The position numbers and the translations under genes are program-made. Under the pieces are notes generated by a model that was not told the DNA's origin, ran no database searches, and was given only the letters and a program-made list of their open reading frames with translations. Below, piece after piece: positions 9,603-17,118 of a stretch of 32,000 nt of DNA. Position 1 is the stretch's first letter; each line of letters starts with the position of its first letter. Source of the DNA: Fluviicoccus keumensis (GTDB taxonomy: Bacteria > Pseudomonadota > Gammaproteobacteria > Pseudomonadales > Moraxellaceae); assembly GCF_004217445.1 (NCBI RefSeq), contig NZ_SHKX01000014.1, positions 157,889 through 189,888 of the forward strand, in the 5' to 3' direction.

Positions 9603-12600
9603 TCATATTCCCCCAGCACTACACCCCGGCCCCTCAATCCGACTCCTCCCCCCCGGTTCCGGTTCCACTTTGATCTGCGTTCCAATCCGTTCCTTCAGCT
9701 GCGAGACATGCGAGATCACGCCCACCAACTTGCCGCTCTGTTGCAGGCCGGACAGGGCACTAAGGGCGGTATCCAGCGCGTCTTCATCCAGCGTGCCAAA
9801 GCCCTCATCCAAAAACAGTGAATCCACCCGGACGTTGCGGCTGGCCATATGCGATAGCCCCAGCGCCAGCGCGAGGCTGACTAGGAAGCTTTCGCCGCCG
9901 GAGAGGTTGCGGGTGGGGCGGATTTCGCCGGTCTGGTAGTTGTCCATGACGTTCAGTTCCAGCGGCTGGCTGTCGTCGCGGACCAGCAGGTAGCGGTCGC
10001 TGAGTTTTTGCAGCTGGCGGTTAGCGTGGTGGATGAGGATGTCGAACGTCAGGCCTTGGGCGAAGTTGCGGAATTTCTTGCCGTCGGCGGCGCCGATCAG
10101 GTCGTTGAGGCGGCCCCAGCGGGTGACGTCGCGCTGGCGGGCGGCAATGGCGTCCACCAGCGACTGGCGGCTTTGTCGCAGCTCGGCGTTGTCGCGCAGT
10201 TGCTGCTGCACCGCGCCGATGGCCTGCTGCAAGGCGGTCAGGCTGTCCGTGGCGGCCGTCAGGGCGGCGTTCAGCTCATTGGGCTGGCGGTCGGTCAGGG
10301 CGCGGGCCTGTTCGGTCTGCAGTCGGGCTTCGGTTTCGCGCAGGCGCGTTTCCAGTTGCAGTTGACGGCGGTTGAGGTCGTCGGCGCGGTTAGCCAGCGC
10401 GCGACGTTCCGTTTCCGGCAGGCAGGCGGCGCGATAGGCGGCTTCATCGGTCAGTCCGGCTACGGTCAGGCGTTGACGGAACGTGGCGTCCGCAGCGGCC
10501 AGCGCCGGTTCGCGTTGGCGGAGGATGGCGTCCAGTTCACCCAGGCGGGTGTGCAGGTCGCGGACGGCCTGTTCGGCCTGCTGGTGGGCGAGGCTGGCGG
10601 CGCGGTGACGGCTGTCGACGTCTTGCAGGGCTTGGGTGGCCTGCGTTTCGGCCAGATCGGCATCGCGGTCGCCGAACAGGTCGCGGCGCTGATTAGCCAG
10701 CGCTTCCGCGTCCGCCTGCAGGCGCTGATGCTTGTCGGCGGCATCGCGGCTTTGCGTTTGCAGGTTAGTCAGGGTGGTTTCGGAGTGCTTCAGGCTTTCC
10801 GCCAGCAACTCGCGCTGCCGGGTCAGGCGCTGGCTCTCGGCGGATTGCCGGAGATAGTCCTCGCTCTGCCGACGCAGGCTTTCCAAGGTTTCGGCAGGAC
10901 GCTCCAGGCACTCCTCCCCTCGCCCGCATTCGGTCAGCAGCCCCAGCAGGCGTGTCCGCTGCTGGTTCACGGCGTCTTGCCGGGAAACAGCCTCCCCTTG
11001 CAGGCGCTCGATCTCGCGCTGCAGCTGGGTCAACTGACTTTCCGCCGCCAGCTGCTGCCGGGCGGCGGCCTCGGCTTGCGCCACTGCCGTCCGCAGGACG
11101 TCCTCGCCGCGCATCAAGGCCTGCTGTAGCCGGTCGAGCGCCGTCAGCCGGTCACTGAACTGCGCGATCTCCGCCTTGATCCGCTCCAGTTCGGCAACAA
11201 TGACTTCCCCGTCGTCCGCCAGCGACAACGCCGCCAGATCCGCATGGACCTGCGCCTGCACGGCGGCGAAATCGGCCTGCCAGCGCGCCTGCTTTGCCGC
11301 TAGCCGCTCCAATGCATCGCGGGCCACGTCCTGCCGTGAGTCGCCGTCCGCCAGTTGCTTCAGGGCGTCGCTTTCTTCCCGACGCGCCCGCGCCAGTGAA
11401 TCGCGGGTTTCGTTGGCCGCCGGGACATTGCCCCGCGCCCAGGGATGTTCCTCCGAGCCGCACAGCGGACAAGGTTCCCCGTCACGCAGGTGCTGCCGCT
11501 GTTCTTCCAGACCATGAATGCGCGCCAGCAATTCCAGCTGCGTTTCCAGCAGGCCGCGCTGGGTCGTCAGGGCGTCCACACGGGCCTGTACGAGGGAACG
11601 TTGCTGTTGCCAGTCCGCCAGCGTCTTCGCATGTACCGCCTGTTCTGCGGCCAGCACCTCGCCCTCGCGCTGCGACTGATGCAGGCGCTGGCGGTCTTTC
11701 TGCAAAGCGTCCAGCCGGTTTTGACGACCGTGAAGTTCCAGCAGGCTTTCCCGCCAGTCTTCCTGACTGCGTCCCGCCAGCCGCGCGTCACGGTCGGCCT
11801 TCACCTTGTCCAGCCTGGCCTGCACTTCCAGCCGTCGCGCCCCGGCGGCGGTGACAGCCTCCACGCAATGCGCCCGTTCGGTCTCGCGTTCCGGCAACGC
11901 TTGCTGTTGTTGCTGAAGCTGCTGCTTCAACCCGGCCAGACCGCGTTCGGCCTCCGCCAGTTGCCGCCATTCCGTTTCCAGTACCGGCAGACGGCGTTCC
12001 AGTTCGGCGTCGGCGGCGTGGTCGGCCAACCAAGTATTCAGACGGGTCTGTGTCGTCGATGCCTCATCCAGCTCAGTACGAATGCGGGTCAGCGCGGCCT
12101 GATGTTTCCCTTGGTCACTTTGCAGCCGCGCCAGTTCCTCCCCCGCCGCATCGAGGTTCTGCCGCGCCCCCCGCTGCTGCACATCCAGCGCCCGCACGGC
12201 CTTCAACACCGGCTGCAACGCGGTCAGTTGCTGCTGCGCGGCGTCACGCGCCTGCTCCGCTGTCGCCAACTGCGCCGCCGCTGCCTTGACCTGCGCTTCC
12301 CGCTCCGGCAATTCCTGCCGCCAGCGTTGCTGCTGTTGCCGGTCGCGCTCCTGTTCCCGGCGCAGGCCGTCCAGCACGGCATGGTCGGCCGTCAATTCCA
12401 GCGCCTTTTGCGCCAGCGCCAGCCGTTCCTGCTCCAGGGTGAATGCTTCCACTTCCACCGCCAGCGCCGTTTGCTGCTGGCGGGTTTCATCCAGCGTGCT
12501 TTCCAGGGTCGCCAGCGTTTCCGTCCACGCCAGCGCCTCGCGCAGGGTCCGGGTTTCCGCCGCCAGCCCCTCTGCCTGAGTACGTTGCGCGGCCAGCGTC

Positions 12601-13268
12601 GTTTCCAACGCCGCCAGTTCGTCGTCGCCCAGCAAGGTCAGGCCGGACAGTTCAGCCTGCAACAGCCCCAGCTTCTGCTTTTCCTCGGCATGACGCTGGT
12701 AGGTCAGGCGGGAAATCTCGCTGTAGATGGCCGTGCCGGTAATCTGCTCCAGGATCGGTGCGCGCTCCCCGGCCCCGGACTGCAAAAAGGCGGCAAATCC
12801 GCCCTGCGCCAGCAGCATGGCGCGGGTGAATTGCTCGAAACCCATGCCGGTGCGCGCGGTCACCAGCTCCGGCACCTCGCTCACTTTCGACGAAAGGATT
12901 TCCCCGGTCACGGCATCGCTGATTTCATGCTTGGCGGCCTGCAACTCGCCGGTAACCTTGCCGTGGGCGCGGCGCTGGCTCCACTGGCAGCGGTAGCGGC
13001 CGCTGCCGGTTTCAAACACCACTTCCGCCAGACAGTCGGCGGTGCGGCGCGAGAGGATGTCGTTGCCGCTCTTGGTGATCCGGCCCAGACGCGGCGTCTG
13101 CGCGTACAGCGCCAGGCAGATGGCGTCGAGGATGGTGCTCTTGCCCGCGCCGGTGGGGCCGGTAATGGCGAAGATGCCGTCCGACACATAGGCCGGATGC
13201 GTCAGGTCGATGCACCACTCCCCGGCCAGGGAATTCAGGTTCTTGAAGCGGATGGTCAGGATGCGCAT
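9603..13268 (-). CDS. sbcC: Nuclease SbcCD subunit C (SMC-like ATPase)
   Basis: The protein is 1221 aa. The N-terminus is MRILTIRFKNLNSLAGEW...AITGPTGAGKSTILDAI (Walker A). It has a long Gln/Ala/Leu/Arg-rich coiled coil, the zinc hook CPLCGS, the ABC signature LSGGESFLVSLALAL, and Walker B LFLDEGFGTLD. Confidence 0.93.
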   Translation of the reverse strand: MRILTIRFKNLNSLAGEWCIDLTHPAYVSDGIFAITGPTGAGKSTILDAICLALYAQTPRLGRITKSGNDILSRRTADCLAEVVFETGSGRYRCQWSQRRAHGKVTGELQAAKHEISDAVTGEILSSKVSEVPELVTARTGMGFEQFTRAMLLAQGGFAAFLQSGAGERAPILEQITGTAIYSEISRLTYQRHAEEKQKLGLLQAELSGLTLLGDDELAALETTLAAQRTQAEGLAAETRTLREALAWTETLATLESTLDETRQQQTALAVEVEAFTLEQERLALAQKALELTADHAVLDGLRREQERDRQQQQRWRQELPEREAQVKAAAAQLATAEQARDAAQQQLTALQPVLKAVRALDVQQRGARQNLDAAGEELARLQSDQGKHQAALTRIRTELDEASTTQTRLNTWLADHAADAELERRLPVLETEWRQLAEAERGLAGLKQQLQQQQQALPERETERAHCVEAVTAAGARRLEVQARLDKVKADRDARLAGRSQEDWRESLLELHGRQNRLDALQKDRQRLHQSQREGEVLAAEQAVHAKTLADWQQQRSLVQARVDALTTQRGLLETQLELLARIHGLEEQRQHLRDGEPCPLCGSEEHPWARGNVPAANETRDSLARARREESDALKQLADGDSRQDVARDALERLAAKQARWQADFAAVQAQVHADLAALSLADDGEVIVAELERIKAEIAQFSDRLTALDRLQQALMRGEDVLRTAVAQAEAAARQQLAAESQLTQLQREIERLQGEAVSRQDAVNQQRTRLLGLLTECGRGEECLERPAETLESLRRQSEDYLRQSAESQRLTRQRELLAESLKHSETTLTNLQTQSRDAADKHQRLQADAEALANQRRDLFGDRDADLAETQATQALQDVDSRHRAASLAHQQAEQAVRDLHTRLGELDAILRQREPALAAADATFRQRLTVAGLTDEAAYRAACLPETERRALANRADDLNRRQLQLETRLRETEARLQTEQARALTDRQPNELNAALTAATDSLTALQQAIGAVQQQLRDNAELRQSRQSLVDAIAARQRDVTRWGRLNDLIGAADGKKFRNFAQGLTFDILIHHANRQLQKLSDRYLLVRDDSQPLELNVMDNYQTGEIRPTRNLSGGESFLVSLALALGLSHMASRNVRVDSLFLDEGFGTLDEDALDTALSALSGLQQSGKLVGVISHVSQLKERIGTQIKVEPEPGGRSRIEGPGCSAGGI

Positions 13269-13280
13269 GCCGGTGTTCCC

Positions 13281-14519
13281 CTATTCCGCCTGAAGATCGG
13301 CTTCCTGCAAGGCTTGCAGGATCTCGCCGAAGCTTTGTGTCAGTTCCCCGCGCTGCTCCGGCGGCACCTGCCCCGCGTCCAGGCAGCGGGCGAACACCTC
13401 GTCCGGCGACAGGTCGTCCAGCGTCTCGTCCTGCGCCTGCCGGTTCAGCACCTGCCAGGCCTTGCGGGCATCGCGTGCCTTCAGCACTTCCAGCGTCGAC
13501 CCCGCAATCAGGCCATCCAGCCGCTCGCGCAGATCGTCGATCACCTCGTGGCCGGTGTGCGTCACTTCCAGCCACACCGCCTCGCCTTCCGCTTTCAGGG
13601 CCGTCAGCTGCGCCTCAATCTGCGGCCAGTCGCCCGTCACCCGTTCCAGCCTTTGGAACACCGGCACTGGCAGCAACCTCACCGTCTTCTCCGGCACGAA
13701 TTCCACGATGCACACCTGTTTGGCCTGCGCCGCCTCGCCAAAACCCATCGCCAGCGGCGAACCGCTGTAGCGCACGCATTCCCGCCCGCCCACCGGTTGC
13801 GGCACATGCAGGTGCCCCAGCGCCACATAATCCAGCGCCTCGGGGAAGATGCCTGCCGTCACATGCGCCAGCGAGCCCACGTACAGCTCGCGCACGCCGT
13901 CGCCGTCCACCGTCTGCCCGCCCGCCGTGAACAGGTGGCCCATGCCCAGCACCGGCACGGGTTGCGGCAAGGCGGCGTTCAGTTGCAGCGCCGCTTCCAC
14001 CACCGCCGCGTAATGGCGCTGGATACCCTCCGCCAGCTTGCGCTCCTTGTCTTCCGGGCTTTCCCCGGCCTCGGCGCTGCGCAGGTCGCGGTCGCGCAGG
14101 TAGGGCACGGCGCAGACCAGCAGTTCCACCCGGCCTTCAGCATCGCGCAGGGTAATCACCTCGTCCGCCGGGTTGTCGGTGGCCGCGCCCACCACATGCA
14201 CATCCAGCATTTTCAGCAACTCGGCGGGGGCGTTCAGGAAGGTGGGGGAATCGTGGTTGCCGCCGATCACGACGACATGACGGCAGCCGGTTTCCGCCAC
14301 GCGGCGCAGGAAACGGTAGTACAGTGTCTGGGCGGCATTGGAGGGCGTGGTGGTGTCGAAGATGTCCCCGGCCACCAGCAGCACGTCGATGCCTTCGGCG
14401 CGCAGGGTGTCCAGCAGCCAGTCGAGGAAAGCTGCGAATTCAGCGTAGCGCTTGCGGCCATAGAGCAAGCGGCCGAGGTGCCAGTCGGAGGTGTGCAGCA
14501 GGCGCAATGTCTTCGTCAT
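13281..14519 (-). CDS. sbcD: Nuclease SbcCD subunit D (Mre11-like phosphoesterase)
   Basis: The protein is 412 aa. It carries the motifs LHTSDWHLG, VAGDIFD and GGNHDSP. It ends 12 nt upstream of the sbcC start. Confidence 0.93.
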   Translation of the reverse strand: MTKTLRLLHTSDWHLGRLLYGRKRYAEFAAFLDWLLDTLRAEGIDVLLVAGDIFDTTTPSNAAQTLYYRFLRRVAETGCRHVVVIGGNHDSPTFLNAPAELLKMLDVHVVGAATDNPADEVITLRDAEGRVELLVCAVPYLRDRDLRSAEAGESPEDKERKLAEGIQRHYAAVVEAALQLNAALPQPVPVLGMGHLFTAGGQTVDGDGVRELYVGSLAHVTAGIFPEALDYVALGHLHVPQPVGGRECVRYSGSPLAMGFGEAAQAKQVCIVEFVPEKTVRLLPVPVFQRLERVTGDWPQIEAQLTALKAEGEAVWLEVTHTGHEVIDDLRERLDGLIAGSTLEVLKARDARKAWQVLNRQAQDETLDDLSPDEVFARCLDAGQVPPEQRGELTQSFGEILQALQEADLQAE

Positions 14520-14540
14520 CGTTGTTCTTGTTCCCGTGAT

Positions 14541-14957
14541 TCATTCCGGCGGCTTCAGATAGCCCAGCGTCCAGCCGATCCAACTGCCGACCAACGCTCC
14601 CTCGGCGCTGACAAAACTGCCCGCCACCACACCCAGCAGGCTGCCCGCCACGGCGTTCTCGATGCGCGCCCACAGACGACCGCCGCGCGACAGCGGCGCC
14701 CGCACCTTGCCATGTTTCGCCCGGGCGCTGCGCGTGCTCTTGCTGCCCTTGGCGCGATTGCAACCGATGCAGGCCGGATACAGGTTGGTCAGATGATCGC
14801 TGCCGCCCTTGGCGCGCGGGATGGAATGCTCCACTTCCCACGCGCCGCGCAGGTCCAGCCGCCCGTAATTCGCCCACACCACCTTCTTGTGGCAGATATG
14901 ACAGCGCCCGGACGTGCGCTCATAAATCCGGCGCAGCCGCTTTTCCTGATAAGCCAT
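14541..14957 (-). CDS. Small HNH endonuclease with a basic linker and a C-terminal glycine-zipper hydrophobic tail
   Basis: The protein is 138 aa. The HNH core is CHICHKK...EVEHSIPRAKGGSDHLTNLYPACIGCNRAKG. The tail is AGSLLGVVAGSFVSAEGALVGSWIGWTLG, with repeated G-x3-G spacing. No obvious Shine-Dalgarno precedes the ATG at 14957. The stop is 21 nt upstream of the sbcD ATG. Confidence 0.75.
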   Translation of the reverse strand: MAYQEKRLRRIYERTSGRCHICHKKVVWANYGRLDLRGAWEVEHSIPRAKGGSDHLTNLYPACIGCNRAKGSKSTRSARAKHGKVRAPLSRGGRLWARIENAVAGSLLGVVAGSFVSAEGALVGSWIGWTLGYLKPPE

Positions 14958-15095
14958 GAATTATTAAAGGATTTTCGGTTATTTCAACCGTCCAGCCTAG
15001 CGGGGCTTTAGCGGAAATGCAGCCGGGGGAAACCGACAATACGACACAGGCTGTCGTTTATAAACGGGCCTGCCGCCTTTTCAGGCATTCAGACA

Positions 15096-15121
15096 GCAAA
15101 AAGGGCGCTAAAAGCGCCCTT
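15096..15121 (-). terminator. Rho-independent terminator downstream of the UPF0149 gene
   Basis: The minus strand reads GGGCGC-TTTTA-GCGCCC followed by TTTTTGCTG (stem 15103-15108 / 15114-15119). A second hairpin, ggagcgg-cgca-ccgctcc, lies just after the stop at about 15138-15155. Confidence 0.55.
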
Positions 15122-15161
15122 CGCAGGTCCGGCCGGGGGAGCGGCGCACCGCTCCGGCAAC

Positions 15162-15821
15162 TCAGCCTTCGTTTTCCGCCGCTTCCATTTCCATCTGCTC
15201 GTCGCAGAATTCCAGGCCGGTGCGGGCATAGGCCAGCAGCGCCTGCGGCAGCACGTCCTTGGCCACCATCGGCAGGTCGGCGGCCACGGCTTGCGGATCT
15301 TCCAGATGGTCCAGCACTTCCGGATAACCGGCGAACAGGCCGACCACGTTGATGACGTTGTTGATTTCATCGGACAGGTTGATTTCGGCATCCGCCACCT
15401 TGGCATAGGCCTCGCACACCTGGTCCCACACCTGTTGCAGCCAGTCGTGGCCAGCCAGGAAGCCCTGGCACCAGTCGATCAGGTCGACCATCAGCTCCGG
15501 GTCGGCATTGAAGGCGTAATCGGCGGGGATCGGGCTGGCATTGTCTTCCACCAGCTGCGCGGCGTGGTCGTACAAGGCAATGATGGTGCCCATGACCATG
15601 CCCGCCTCTTCCTCGTTGTGGAAGCGGGGATTTTCCTCGCCCTCTTCCCCTTCCCAGATCAGCGGCATCCACTCGTCCGGCGCCAGCGGCACCGGGCTGG
15701 CCAGCACCGCCCAGATGAAGCCGCGCAGCGCCGCCAGATTGAAGGTGTCGGGCGGGCAACGGTCGGATTGCAGGAATTCGTCCAGGGCAATGAGTTCCTG
15801 GGCGGAAGGCAGGTGGGACAT
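15162..15821 (-). CDS. UPF0149 family protein (YgfB/YecA-N-like), with no SEC-C motif
   Basis: The protein is 219 aa and acidic. It is paralogous to the next gene: LRGFIWAVLASPVPLAPDEWMPLIW against [25 protein letters not shown], and WCQGFLAGHDWL against [12 protein letters not shown]. Confidence 0.7.
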   Translation of the reverse strand: MSHLPSAQELIALDEFLQSDRCPPDTFNLAALRGFIWAVLASPVPLAPDEWMPLIWEGEEGEENPRFHNEEEAGMVMGTIIALYDHAAQLVEDNASPIPADYAFNADPELMVDLIDWCQGFLAGHDWLQQVWDQVCEAYAKVADAEINLSDEINNVINVVGLFAGYPEVLDHLEDPQAVAADLPMVAKDVLPQALLAYARTGLEFCDEQMEMEAAENEG

Positions 15822-15841
15822 GATGGTTTTCCAATCAGGGT

Positions 15842-15871
15842 AAAAAGCTGGCGGCTATTATGCCGCCTTTT
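15842..15871 (-). terminator. Hairpin terminator downstream of the yecA-like gene (could act in both directions)
   Basis: The stem-loop ggcggc-tattat-gccgcc lies at 15850-15867. On the minus strand it is followed by AGCTTTTTA, and on the plus strand by TTTTGCC. It lies 40 nt after the stop at 15911. Confidence 0.55.
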
Positions 15872-15910
15872 GCCGGGCTTGGGCGAAGAAATCCGTCGAC
15901 CGGGCGCGGA

Positions 15911-16684
15911 TTACGCGCCGCAGCACTTCTTGAATTTCTTGCCGCTGCCGCAGGGGCACGGGTCGTTGCGGCCGACCTTCGGCTCTTCCGGATTCTGGGC
16001 GCGCAGACGTTCCAGCCGCAGCAGCTCGCGGCCGATACGGGCGTAGATACCCAGCGAATTCGGCAAAATGGAAGCGGCGATGGTCGGCAGGCGGCCGCGC
16101 AGCTCGTCGGGGTTGGGGGCCTTGGCCAGCGCGCCCTCCACATCGGCAAACAGGGTGGGAATGGCCAGCGCCGCTTCCACTTCCTGCTTCAGGGTCAGGT
16201 CTTCGCGTTTCTTCAGGTCCACCAGCCCCTCGTCCCACACATCCTCCAGCCAGCCATGACCCACCAGCAGGCCTTGACACCATTCGCGCAACGGCTTGCC
16301 GGTTTCCTCATCGTCGCTCCACACACAGTCGGCGGGCAACTTGAACGCCTCATCCTTCAGCGCGCGGTCAGTCAGGCCATACAGATAGACGATCACCTGC
16401 AACACATCCTTGGCCTGTTCGGGAATGCGCGCCATACCTTGGGGAGCATCGTCTGCTGGTCCCTCACCGCTATCGGCCTTGAGGTCATCCTCGCTGCCCC
16501 AGATGACCGGCAGCCAGTCGCTGGGCCCCAACGCGGTGGGGCTGCTGGCAACCGCGAACAGGAAGCCGCGCAACTGGTTGAACGTAAGGGTGCCTGCGGG
16601 GGCGTGCTCGGAGCGCAGGTGGTCCTGAAGGGCTTGCAGCTCCTCGGTGGGAAGCGGCAGCGGCTGGGGCTTGTTGCGTTTCAT
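15911..16684 (-). CDS. yecA: YecA-family protein (UPF0149 domain plus a C-terminal SEC-C metal-binding motif)
   Basis: The protein is 257 aa. The C-terminus is [19 protein letters not shown], a SEC-C motif. The N-terminal part resembles UPF0149. Confidence 0.8.
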   Translation of the reverse strand: MKRNKPQPLPLPTEELQALQDHLRSEHAPAGTLTFNQLRGFLFAVASSPTALGPSDWLPVIWGSEDDLKADSGEGPADDAPQGMARIPEQAKDVLQVIVYLYGLTDRALKDEAFKLPADCVWSDDEETGKPLREWCQGLLVGHGWLEDVWDEGLVDLKKREDLTLKQEVEAALAIPTLFADVEGALAKAPNPDELRGRLPTIAASILPNSLGIYARIGRELLRLERLRAQNPEEPKVGRNDPCPCGSGKKFKKCCGA

Positions 16685-16712
16685 GAAAGTATCCGGGTGA
16701 ATGCAGCCGGTG

Positions 16713-16718
16713 ATTATA
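16713..16718 (-). promoter_or_regulatory. Possible -10 box (TATAAT on the minus strand) for the yecA-like gene
   Basis: The minus strand reads gcTATAATcaccggc, ending 28 nt upstream of the ATG at 16684. The candidate -35 (CTGACG) has a poor 19-nt spacing. Confidence 0.25.
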
Positions 16719-16739
16719 GCGGGTTGTCCCCCGGCTTCG

Positions 16740-17093
16740 TCAGCCTTCCACGATCACGTAATACTTGCGCACGGCTTCCAGCACTTCAAATACGCCGGTA
16801 AATCCCGGCGGAATGATCGCGGCTTCGCCGGGGCCGATGGTGTGGCTGGGGCCATGATCGGCGTGCAGGCGGACGCGGCCATGGATGATCTGGAAGAATT
16901 CCTGCTTGTCCGGGGCGAAGGCGATACGCCAGGCGCCAGGCTCGCATTCCCAGAACCCGGCGCTCATGGGGCCGTGGTTATAGCAGTCCCAGGTCTGGCG
17001 GGCTGGGTTGCCGTCGACCAAGCGGTCGGGACGGGGGAGGTCGAGGGTGGGGGCGGGATTGGGTAGGGGTTTACCGGCGATGAAAAGGGACAT
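16740..17093 (-). CDS. Small cupin-domain protein (Cupin_3/DUF861-like)
   Basis: The product is 117 aa from the ATG at 17093-17091 ([10 protein letters not shown]...). The cupin core is [16 protein letters not shown]...[27 protein letters not shown]. The 50-codon extension to 17243 in the ORF track translates CRISPR repeats (RAFAGAWIET) and is rejected. Confidence 0.7.
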   Translation of the reverse strand: MSLFIAGKPLPNPAPTLDLPRPDRLVDGNPARQTWDCYNHGPMSAGFWECEPGAWRIAFAPDKQEFFQIIHGRVRLHADHGPSHTIGPGEAAIIPPGFTGVFEVLEAVRKYYVIVEG

Positions 17094-17118
17094 AAGTATT
17101 CCGGAGTTTAAATTAAAA

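Noticed and set aside
9241-9606. A 121-aa minus-strand ORF and the 306-aa plus-strand ORF 9019-9939 in the sbcC-recC gap.
   Set aside because: They translate REP palindromes (PLPSPLPQRGEGT). They have no Shine-Dalgarno or other support, and they overlap the ends of sbcC and recC.
14958-15000. A promoter-like TTGAAA-16 nt-AATAAT on the minus strand upstream of the HNH gene.
   Set aside because: The -10 ends only 2 nt before the ATG, which is incompatible with initiating that ORF. It was left unannotated.
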